A stretch of DNA of 25,942 nucleotides, from positions 1 through 25,942 of the forward strand of contig NW_021835629.1 in NCBI RefSeq assembly GCF_006345805.1, given 5' to 3'. Numbering within the stretch: position 1 is the stretch's first letter; each line of letters begins with the position of its first letter. The notes under the pieces were generated by a model, which did not search any database, was not told where the DNA came from, and was given only the letters and a program-made list of their open reading frames with translations. Below, one piece after another: positions 12,280-22,734 of this stretch. Both the position numbers and the translations under genes were made by a program. The DNA comes from Octopus sinensis (Eukaryota).

Positions 12280-12660
12280 AGCGCACACAAGGGGGAGGGG
12301 GGGCAGAAAAAACGCATCAAAGATATGCTCAAAGCCTGAAGCGATTTCAACCCAACCCCGAAGCCTGGGAAATGTAGGCACAGGACTGCCCTACCTGGTG
12401 TAGGTGCACCGACATAGGTACCTATCCCCTTCGGAAGAGAATAGGATCGCAGGAACACAGAGAGAACGTGAGCTGCGCAAGTGCGGAACTAACTCCTTGC
12501 TTTCATTCCTAGCAGACCACCATCAGTGCGCAACCTGCGGCAGAACCTTCCGTGCACCCATTAGCCTGATGATCAGCCACAGCCGGACGCTCCGTGACCC
12601 ACCTGCTTATCGCCTGTAATGTCCCCGGTCATCATCCACAATTTCGGACGAACACTAATA
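12280..12660 (+). mobile_element. 3' end of an RTE-clade LINE (C-terminal C2H2-like finger and tail)
   Basis: Mixed frames read GGQKKRIKDMLK, PEAWEM*AQDCPTW, EENRIAGTQRERELRK and QCATCGRTFRAPISLMISHSRT, matching the RTE/BovB-type C-terminus (WETLAQDRPTW...CPTCGRTFRARIGLISH). Confidence 0.85.
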
Positions 12661-12676
12661 CTTTTATAATTAGTAA

Positions 12677-12873
12677 GGCGGCGAGCTGGCAGAATCGTTA
12701 GTACGCTGGGCGAAATGCTTTGTGGCATTTCGCCCTTTGCCTACGTTGCCGAGGTCGACTTTGCCGTTTATCCTTTCGGGGTCGATAAATTAAGTACCAG
12801 TGAAACACTGGGGGCGATGTAATCCACTAGTCCTCTCCCCGCAAATTTGAGGCCTTTTGCCTCTAGTAGAAAG
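12677..12873 (+). mobile_element. SINE family B copy with (ATT)n tail
   Basis: GGCGGCGAGCTGGCAGAATCGTTAG..CCGAGGTCGACTTTGCC..CCTTTCGGGGTCGATAAATTAAGTACCAG..GGCCTTTTGCCTCTAGTAGAAAG followed by (ATT)n; homologous to five other segments in the window. Confidence 0.85.
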
Positions 12874-12903
12874 TATTATTATGACTATTATTATTATTAT
12901 TAC

Positions 12904-12979
<76 letters not shown>

Positions 12980-13129
12980 CAAAAGTCGGCTGAGGTCGAC
13001 GTTCATCCTTTCAGGATCGCTGTGAGCCGTGTGCCAGCATATGGAATTATTGTTCTTGACTTTCCGATTTGTAGGAAAGTCTTTTGATAAAGGAACGGCA
13101 TGCTCCATCAAGGCTTCCCAGGGACTATG

Positions 13130-13803
13130 CAACGGCACCAGCAGCACCAACAGCAGAGCCATTCCTAACGGCATCTACGTCACCATCAGCACCACCGCCA
13201 TCATTATCAAGTTCTATTTCCGTATCACCACCACCACCACACTACTAATACCTGTACCATCAATACCACCCGCAATACTACTAGTAATACCATCGGCATC
13301 ACCATCACCACCAAGACCATCATCACAATTAATTACGCGACTACACCACTTCCATCGTCATTCCAACCACGCCTACCACTACCAATAAGTACCAACTCAC
13401 GCGTTTGTTTCTATAATTCTCCGTCGACGAAACCCCTCACCGCCACACGCACTCCAACTACCTCAACCGACATCACCACCACAACCTATACCGCAGCAAA
13501 ACTTACCACAACCATCACAACATCACCGCTACACAGCCACCACCACCACCACCACCACCACCACTTCAATCTACACCACAACTACCAACACCATCACCAC
13601 CAACAGCGCCATCATCAATAAAGACTACCCCCACCACCACAACACTCAGCACTGTCACTACCACCAACACCACAATTTCAAGTAACAACTATACCATCAC
13701 CACCGCCAATACAACCACTTCCACCCCTAACACCGCCACCACCATTCAGCCTCCAACCTTCACCGCCATTAATAAAAGCGACAACAGCAACAACAACAAC
13801 AGC
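13130..13803. repeat. Degenerate C/A-rich (ACC/ATC/AAC) cryptic triplet low-complexity domain
   Basis: Strong triplet periodicity with very few G or T residues. Confidence 0.85.
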
Positions 13804-14207
13804 AATCTGTCAGTCACGTTAATCTATCTACGTGTTTAAATACTGGACTAAAGGATTCATTAATATAATTTTCATCTGAGCAGAAGAAAAAAAATATGTT
13901 TTTGTTTCAATTGTTACCTTTATTTATTTATTTATTATTTATTTATTTATTTATCATCATCATCATCATCATTACTATTATTTCGTAATTTAGTGAAGGG
14001 AGAGAGAGGAGGCGAGACTGTGATCTTTTTAAAACATTCCAGACTGTGTGTGTGTATGTATGTATCTACCAATCACACAGTACCTCTCTCTCCTCCTCTC
14101 TCTCTCTCTCTCTCTCTCACTCTCTTTAAAGATAGATAGATAGAGAACGAGAGAAATGGAGAGATAGGTATATAGATAGAAAAAGAGAGTGACACAGAGC
14201 GAGAAAG

Positions 14208-14242
<35 letters not shown>

Positions 14243-14263
14243 TAGATAGATAGATAGATAGAC

Positions 14264-14342
<79 letters not shown>

Positions 14343-14362
14343 CAGATAGATAGATAGATAGA
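14208..14362. repeat. (GATA/GACA)n tetranucleotide microsatellite; others at ~21070-21190 and 22211-22285; (GACA)/(TACA)n at ~15030-15128
   Basis: Direct reading. Confidence 0.97.
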
Positions 14363-15419
14363 TTTTTAATAAAGGCAGAATTCAAGTGTTAGCTTCTGGA
14401 AGTTTCATGCTTACATAATAGATTAATCGGCAAGTTTCTATAGCGAACCGTGTACTTCGTTGCAAACTTTCAGATTTAAAATAAACAATAAATATCATAT
14501 TTGTTTATTCAGTCCCTGAAAGATTAAGAACAGTACACGACGCGCCATACAAGCGCGTCCGATTATTGTTCTTGCACAGCATGAAACTTATAGTAGCTCG
14601 CATTCTAATCCAATGTTTATTAGATATTTATATCTTAACGCACAGAAAACTTCATTGTTGATCCTTCCAACAACAAAACAGTGTACCATATATTGATGTG
14701 TGTGTGTGCGTGTGTGTGTGTGTGTGTGTGTGGAAAAATATGAGTTAAAGAAAATGGGATTCGCGAGACTCTTAGTGCACTACGATCGTTTCAACCCATC
14801 GTACATTGCAGGAGAGACGATGTACAAACAATCGTGGTGCATCGTAGGTGTAGATTTGTCTCAGCAGTGAAGTAAATTTTGTCGCACATAAATCCATAAT
14901 GTTGACATCAGTTAGCCAAATACTGTGAACGGGCTTTAAATAGCATACTACAAGGTATATACCGAAATTTAAATTATTTCTTACATGCTTATGTATATAT
15001 CTAAATGTAAATATATGTGTGTGTGTGTAGATAGACAGACAGACAGACAGATAGATATACACATACATACATACATACATACATACATACATACATACAT
15101 ACATACATACATACATACATACATACATTCATACGTACATAGACATGCATATATATAGAATTGCATTGATGTGTGTGTGCGCATGAATGATGTCTGTTGT
15201 TGTAAATCTTGTTTACGTTGTTGTAAGATATTGATGACGGAAGCAGCAACCTGATGGCGGCGCTGGTAGTCGTTGTAGTTACGATGGCTTTGAAGGTGGT
15301 GGAGGAAGAAGTGGAAGAGGAGGGAGCAGGAAGCAGTGGTGGAACCATAGTCTTGTATTGGCGGTGACGGTTTTTGTGAAAGCGTACCGTGTTTTGCCAG
15401 AATGTATTAGTACATGTAC

Positions 15420-15474
<55 letters not shown>

Positions 15475-15900
15475 GAGGCGGAGGAAGGAGAGGTGGTGTA
15501 GGAAGAGGAATAGCAGGATGGATTTATGTCGTTTATCTGCAAACATGGGAAACATGTCACAATTTCCTTCCACATGGATTGTTTCGTGGCTGCTCGACTG
15601 AACCAGTAGATTAAAGGATCTGATCCATTCTCGTTCAATATAGAAACGGTTTACTGTCATTATCGATACTTCTCTTCGACAAGACACTCAACCATACTAC
15701 ATCAGAGCACAGTCTACACAGACGTTTTAGTTCTTCCTGTTGTTATTTTTATTATTGTTTTATTGGAGTTCTTGTTTAACCCCAGGTCTATCCGGACAGA
15801 GCACAACTTCAATCAAAGATCTTTCTCTCATTCTCAGTTGTTCTTGTATCTAAATCAGAAACTATTGTTATTGCTGTCACTATTATTGTTGTTGTTGTTG

Positions 15901-15945
<45 letters not shown>

Positions 15946-15954
15946 TATCACTCT

Positions 15955-16126
15955 CGACGAAATGCTTAGCATCATTTCGCCCGTCCTTACGTTCTGAGTT
16001 CAAATTCTGCCGGGGTTGATCTTGTCTTTCATCCTTCCGGAGTTGGTAAATGAAGTACCAAGGGTCGATGCAATCGACTTAATCCCTTCCCTTAAATTCG
16101 AGGCTTTGTGCTTCCAGTAGAAAGGA
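15955..16126 (+). mobile_element. SINE family B copy flanked by (TTA)n on both sides
   Basis: GAAATGCTTAGC..ACGTTCTGAGTTCAAATTCTGCCGGGGTTGATCTTGTCTTTCATCCTTCCGG..CCAGTAGAAAGG followed by (ATT)n. Confidence 0.85.
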
Positions 16127-16128
16127 TA

Positions 16129-16177
<49 letters not shown>

Positions 16178-16178
<1 letters not shown>

Positions 16179-17035
16179 GTAGTGCAGCTCTCTGTGCAGG
16201 ATCTTGCTTTGGTTTCGTTATCTTTTCAGTACTGAAAGTATGCAACGTATGATGTCTATGGGGCCTAGCAGTGCTATTGTATGTTTTTGTAATATTGTGA
16301 TTATGTATTTACATGTTTTTCTCTTTTGGTCGTTCCCAAGTCTCCTGTTATTAAAAGGGTTGTTTCTCTTTCCAGTAACCACTTTCTGGTTACCTCTGTT
16401 TCCAGGTGTATGTATTTAGATAATTTCTCCATCTCTTAGTAGTCATATTGATTATGAGGTATTTCTTTACGCGGTGGTCCTTGGTAACAATATCTGGTCA
16501 ATTATTCTTGATCTTTCTGTTTGTGTATTAGCGTTTCCAGAGGATGGTTGCGTTGCTTTATCTGAGACCTTTTCTGGTCTCAAATATGCTCATACTATTT
16601 TGCTTCTGTTGGTATTCCATAGTGCTGACATAGTCTTCAGTGCAAGTGATTCCAAGTTAGTGGATGTAATTTCTTTGCGAAGAGTGGACAGCCAGAGATA
16701 AATGTATTTAATTGCTTTTAGTGACTTCTGGTGGGGAAGGCTTTGGTCCTGTGCCGCAATCAAGAACCTTTCCGTCTCTATTTTGAGTTCTGCACTTCTT
16801 AATCAGTGTTGCCATTGTACTTTGTATACAGCCACTCTGCTCAACTTTTTCCAATGTCGGCCATATTGGGACTCTTCTTTTGCCAAGACATCCTTTAGTT
16901 CCTATTTAAGTTTAGATTTTCCTTATTGCCTTTCCCTTTTCTTCATAAGCATTTGTCATTGCATTTCCCTTCGGCTTCTCTTTTGGTTTTTAGTTTTCTT
17001 AATATTTTCTAGCTGTGTGTATTAATATTCCATGA
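16178..17035 (-). mobile_element. 5'-truncated, degenerate R4/Dong-like non-LTR retrotransposon 3' end (restriction-like endonuclease region)
   Basis: Minus strand reads QYGRHWKKL, LRSAELKIETERFLIAAQDQSLP (16735-16803), SGCPLFAKK, PDIVTKDH (16474-16497), EMEKLSKY (16412-16435), ETEVTRKW and IALLGPIDIIRCILSV. It ends directly in (TAA)n at 16177, with a short (TTA)n on the other side at ~17052. Confidence 0.85.
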
Positions 17036-17070
17036 ATCTATTTTACATATTTTATTATTATTATCATCAA

Positions 17071-17281
17071 GTGTGGTGAGCTTGCAGAATCGTTTCCGCG
17101 CCGGACAAAACGATTAGCGGTATTTCGTCCGTCTCTACGTTCTGAGTTCAAATCCCTCCGTGGTCGAAATCATCCCTTCGCGGTCGATAAAATAAGAGTT
17201 AGGCACTGGGGTTGAAGTAATCGAATTACCCTCTTCCTCGAACCCTCTCTCCCGAGTATGCTGGCCTTGTGCCAAAATTTG

Positions 17282-17284
<3 letters not shown>
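17071..17284 (+). mobile_element. SINE family B copy with (ATC)n(ATT)n tail
   Basis: GGTGAGCTTGCAGAATCG..TAGCGGTATTTCGTCCG..ACGTTCTGAGTTCAAAT..GGTCGATAAAATAAG..GGCCTTGTGCCAAAATTTGAAA. Confidence 0.85.
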
Positions 17285-17286
<2 letters not shown>

Positions 17287-17367
<81 letters not shown>

Positions 17368-17394
17368 TATTATCATTATCATTATTATTATTAA
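17287..17394. repeat. (ATC)n(ATT)n microsatellite
   Basis: Direct reading. Confidence 0.97.
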
Positions 17395-17723
17395 ATTTGA
17401 TGCTTTTGTCCATGCGCCTGCAGACTGGAGAACAACACTTTGGGGCCTTTGGTGGTCAGGGTGATCTTGGTTTTGTGTGGTTCCTTGATTGGCCCTAGCT
17501 GGAGCTTCTCCTGTATCAGGAGGACAGCATCGTTCATATGTCCACATATTTTGCATACTATGCATATTTTCATCTCATTTCACCCTCTGCTTTATCCTTT
17601 CTTTTCCCTCCTCTCTTACGTAAGCCGCCTTCATACATGTTCTATACTGTTCTTATAATATCCACCTGAGCTGCGGCCTCTGTGCCAAATAAAGAAATCA
17701 TCATCACCACCATCAAACCCACC

Positions 17724-17774
17724 ATTCTTCTTCTTCTTCTTCTTCTTATTATTATTATTATTCTTTTTCTTCTT

Positions 17775-17848
<74 letters not shown>

Positions 17849-17931
17849 CATTATTATTATTATTGTTATTGTTATTATTATTATTATTATTGTTATTGTT
17901 ATTATTATTATTATTATTGTTATTATTATTA

Positions 17932-17981
<50 letters not shown>

Positions 17982-18003
17982 GTTGTTGTTGTTGCTGTTA
18001 TTA
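17724..18003. repeat. (TTC)n/(ATT)n/(GTT)n compound microsatellite abutting the COE acceptor
   Basis: Direct reading. Confidence 0.97.
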
Positions 18004-18059
18004 TTCGTATTACTTCATTTATTTTTCTAATTCGTTTTCTTTTTTTTTTTTTTTTGCAG

Positions 18060-18213
18060 TGTGGGGTTGGGTCGAGCCCACTTCGAGAAACAACCACCTA
18101 GTAACCTGCGAAAGAGCAATTTTTTCCATTTTGTGCTCGCCATGTACGATCGCCAGGGCCAACCAGTCGAGGTGGAAAGGACAGCATTCATAGACTTCGT
18201 TGAAAAAGATCAG
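18060..18213 (+). CDS. coe: COE/Collier/EBF transcription factor, internal coding exon (start of the COE DNA-binding domain)
   Basis: Acceptor T-run+GCAG ends at 18059, with branch-like CTAAT near 18027. After one phase-2 base the exon reads [51 protein letters not shown], then a GT donor at 18214. [20 protein letters not shown] is the COE family signature. Length 154 nt, ending in phase 0. Confidence 0.98.
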
Positions 18214-18269
18214 GTTCGATCGTTTCCTATTCTTAATTATTTTTACTTCTTTACTGTTTTTCTTTTAGT

Positions 18270-18345
18270 CGTTTCCTGGTTTTAATATTTGAACTGCGGC
18301 CATGCTGGGGCAATGATATATTGAAGGATCTTAAGGGATTATATC
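18270..18345 (-). mobile_element. SINE family A 3' remnant just downstream of the COE exon
   Basis: GAACTGCGGCCATGCTGGGGCA matches the family A GACTGCGGCCATGCTGGAGCA motif. Confidence 0.5.
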
Positions 18346-18752
18346 AATCCCTACCCACAGTAGTTGTTTCAATCAAGTATTCATTTCATCGAACATTATT
18401 TATGAAAACAAATAAGTTTCAGGACATAAAAGGAATCGAATAGAACCAAAACCACAAAAGACACATTCTTTCACGCAAAAGATTGAAGGCACTTGTTGTT
18501 GTTAAGCCCGGCTCACCTGTGATCCAATATAACAAAGATGTACCAGCCGGGACTATCCCGCTGATTTCTATCTCCACTCCCTTCATACCGAGAAGAATTG
18601 CATTAGCCATTGCCCAATCTATTCGGATTTTCATTTCATTTCAAACAATTAAGAATGGCTCAGAGATGTGGATGCTATTTCTATCAAGTTGTTATTACCG
18701 GGGACACATACATATGATCACATTACACCATATCAAATACTCAGGAAGAAAT

Positions 18753-18753
18753 G

Positions 18754-18826
<73 letters not shown>

Positions 18827-18900
18827 GTGTATATATATTTATATTATATAATATACTATATATATATATATATATATCTATATATATATGTATATATATA

Positions 18901-18942
<42 letters not shown>

Positions 18943-18985
18943 ATATATATATATATATCATATATATATAATATTATATATATAC

Positions 18986-19027
<42 letters not shown>

Positions 19028-19345
19028 TATATAGCATATATATATATATATATAGTATATATAGTATAATTATTACTTATGCATATATATATATATATAT
19101 ATATATCTATATATAGTATATATATATATATATATATATATTACATATATATATATATTATATATAATATGTATATATAGTATATATATATATATATATA
19201 TATATACAGTATGTATATATAGAGATATATACATAAAGGGGTGTGTGTATATATATATATATTTTATATATAGTGTGTATATATATATGTATATACTATA
19301 TGTATATATGATGTATATATCATATACTAGTGTATACATATATAT
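18753..19345. repeat. Long interrupted (TA)n tract; similar tracts at ~6660-6930, 9342-9478, 21335-21515 and 21670-22180
   Basis: Direct reading. Confidence 0.97.
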
Positions 19346-19382
19346 AGTGGGTGGTGGCAGCGCCGGAACGTGGTGGTGCTGG

Positions 19383-19440
19383 AGAGTGGTGGTGGTGGTG
19401 CAGAGTGGTGGTGGTGGTGCAGAGTGGTGGTGGTGGTGGT
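19383..19440. repeat. 19-bp minisatellite x3 (AGAGTGGTGGTGGTGGTGC)
   Basis: Units start at 19383, 19402 and 19421. Confidence 0.85.
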
Positions 19441-19554
19441 TGAGTGGAGAGTGGTTGGCTGTATTAGCTGATCGTTTGCTGTTGTTGTTGTTTGAACACC
19501 GTTGTTACTTAATGCATTTCTCAAAATTGAATGAAGTTGCCAACGGTAGAAGAA

Positions 19555-19592
19555 GCAGCAACAGCAGCAGTAGTAGTAGTAGCAGCAGCAGC

Positions 19593-19673
<81 letters not shown>
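19555..19673. repeat. (AGC)n(AGT)n compound microsatellite; a similar one at ~4921-5005
   Basis: Direct reading. Confidence 0.95.
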
Positions 19674-19724
19674 CTGCTCTGGGCCATAATAACTCTGGCA
19701 AAGATATTGGAAGCAGAGATAGAT

Positions 19725-19755
<31 letters not shown>

Positions 19756-20094
19756 GAGAGATGTCGGTGGTTGTGGCTGGGAGGGACGTGAAGGTAAAAG
19801 AACGACAAATAAAATGTACAAAAACGCAAGAAAAAAGACAACAAAGACAGCATATAAATATGAACGTGTGTGTGTGTATTGTAGTGGAATTCGTTTTTTT
19901 TTTTAAACTCCATCAACTTTAATTCAAGTAAAGAAGAAAAGATGAAGTTATTATAATTTTTTTTAAGATAAAAAAAAAGAGAAAATAATATTATTGCTGA
20001 ACGAATGAATGAAAAATAAACGAAAGAAAGAAGGAATCCAAGAAAAAAAAGAGATATAAAGTAAATTTCAAAAAAAAAAATCAAAAAAATAATA

Positions 20095-20303
20095 AAGAAG
20101 AAGAAGAAGAAGAAGAAGAAGAAGAAAAAGAAAAAGAAAAAGAAGAAGTAGAAGAAGAAGAAGAAGAAGAAGTAGATGAAGAAGAAGAAGAAGAAGAAGA
20201 AGAAAAAGAAAAAGAAAAAGAAAAAGAAGAAGTAGAAGAAGAAGAAGAAGAAGAAGAAGTAGATGAAGAAGAAGAAGAAGAAGAAGAAGAAGAAGAAGAA
20301 GAA
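20095..20303 (+). repeat. Compound (GAA)n/(GAAAAA)n purine tract with an 84-87 bp higher-order duplication
   Basis: GTA interruptions at 20148/20232 and GTAGAT at 20172/20259. Confidence 0.95.
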
Positions 20304-21021
20304 TAGGTATATATATATAAAGAATAGATGTTGGGTGGGGAAGGATTGCACAAGGAGACAATTTGGAATTAAATTAAAATGTCGACAAAAATAAGATGTT
20401 ACAAATAACGAAGAAAGAAAAGAAGGAATTTGTGTTTTTTTAATTTCATTTTTTTTTATACATTTATTGTTATTTTTTAACCATTTTTCTGGAGACCGAA
20501 TGAGGAAGAGATAAGATTTTTAAAAAATGTAAAAGACAAAAAATGGGAGAAGAAATTTAAATGTTTGCCAAGATGTGACAGGGTAGAGTAGAAAATCAAA
20601 ATGGAGGCTTAGGTAGTTAGGGTATGTAGAGAGGGTGGATGGGCGCGGAGGGATGGACGCTGCATACAGCTTCCAACGAACTATATACATCTATCCATCC
20701 ATTCCTTTATTGATCGACCCATCCATCCATCCATCCAACCTCTGTACATCATCACAACCAGCACCAGTTTGCAGAGGGAGATGTGAGAGTAAGATTGAGA
20801 GGTGGAGCCAACAACATTTCTCCATGAATGGCAAAGGTGTGTAAAGGGTGGGAAGGTAGGAAAGGTAGGCCGAAGGTGAGGGGTTTCTAAATTTTTTTTA
20901 TTTAGTATAGAGTGAGGTGGGCTTAAATAGCCTTTGGTGCAATCACAGCCTCGGTCTAGGAATGAGCAAGTATTATTACGACTCATGTGTTTATAAGTGT
21001 ATCTGTACGTATGTATGTATG

Positions 21022-21053
<32 letters not shown>

Positions 21054-21068
21054 TATACACACATATGT

Positions 21069-21123
<55 letters not shown>

Positions 21124-21128
21124 TATAA

Positions 21129-21173
<45 letters not shown>

Positions 21174-21335
21174 GAGATAGATAGATAGATTTATATAAAT
21201 ACACAAATACATACATATATACACACACAATATGTGCAAATATATGCATATACGTGCATATATGTGTGGTGCAGAATAGTCTCATACCCATACATTTATA
21301 AAATATTATATGCACATAAAATCTTTAACATGTAC

Positions 21336-21396
<61 letters not shown>

Positions 21397-21398
21397 AT

Positions 21399-21495
<97 letters not shown>

Positions 21496-21789
21496 TATAT
21501 GTATACATATATATATAAGCAAGTGTGTGTGTGAGCGTTCTTTGCTCGTCATAAGTTTTAACGTCTCATATTTTCTTTTGCTGCTTTTTTGTTTTCTTCG
21601 CTTTTTGTTTTATTTGTTTATCCTTCCGGTTATATTATTTCTATTTATATCAGCACACACATATACAGGTATGTATATGTGTGCGTGTATATATGTATAT
21701 GTATATATGTATATATATATATTATATATATGTATGTATGCATGCATATATATATCATGCATGTATATATATGTATATATGTGTGCATG

Positions 21790-21832
<43 letters not shown>

Positions 21833-22210
21833 AATTATGTATATATATATATGTATATATATACATAGATATATATGTATATATATAATGCATATATATT
21901 TTGTGCATATAGGTATATATAAATACGTATATATATAATATTATATATAATATATATATATATATATATACATGTAAGTATATTTGTGTATGTATATATG
22001 TACATATATTACATATATACATATATATGTGTGTATGGACATGTATATGTATATATACACACATATATGTCTATGTATATATTATATATATATATATATA
22101 AATATTATAACTATGTATTTACATATATATATATATATCTATAATATATATAATATATATATATATATATATTATATAGAGATAGAGAGAGAGAGAGAGA
22201 GAGAGAGGAT

Positions 22211-22271
<61 letters not shown>

Positions 22272-22734
22272 ATAGATAGATAGATAATATACACAGAAAC
22301 TCACACACAGCCATACCTGTGTGTGTGTGTGTGGTGTGGTTTATATTCGGGGTTTCTACAACCCTAAACTCTTATCTGATTTTTACCAAAATCTTCAGCA
22401 CTGAAAGCGTCATTATGTCTTTATATGTTATATATTAACTACCGGAAACTGAATCATTTTGGGGCTGACTGGGTGCTGGGTGCAAGGGAGGGAGCAACAA
22501 ATATTAAAGAAAGAATTATATACCAACCACATACTTTAAATATTATAGGCAGCCTCTAGTAAGTCAGCTGTATATAAACACAGAGACACGCACTCACACA
22601 CACATATTAACATACAATTATACTATCTCCCTATTTCTATATGTGTGTGTGTGCGCATGTATGTATGCATGTGTGTGAGTGTATGTATGTATGTATGTAT
22701 GTATGTATGTGTGTGTATGTATGTATTATGTATA

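Noticed and set aside
13417-13839. 140-codon stop-free His/Pro/Thr-rich frame (mucin-like)
   Set aside because: There is no ATG and no convincing splice sites. The composition lacks T and G, so stops are rare, and the repeat register drifts (H to P to T), as expected for non-coding cryptic repeats.
15480-15720. Unique island after (GA)n considered as COE exon 1, promoter or p53-like CATG cluster
   Set aside because: All + frames stop quickly, with no MFG/KEEP-like sequence or suitable donor, and the RRRCWWGYYY matches are incomplete. It may be regulatory but nothing specific is supportable.
18061-18285. ORF-track 74-aa protein starting at GTG
   Set aside because: It is an internal spliced exon read through its donor; the GTG is Val after a phase-2 intron and the tail is intronic.
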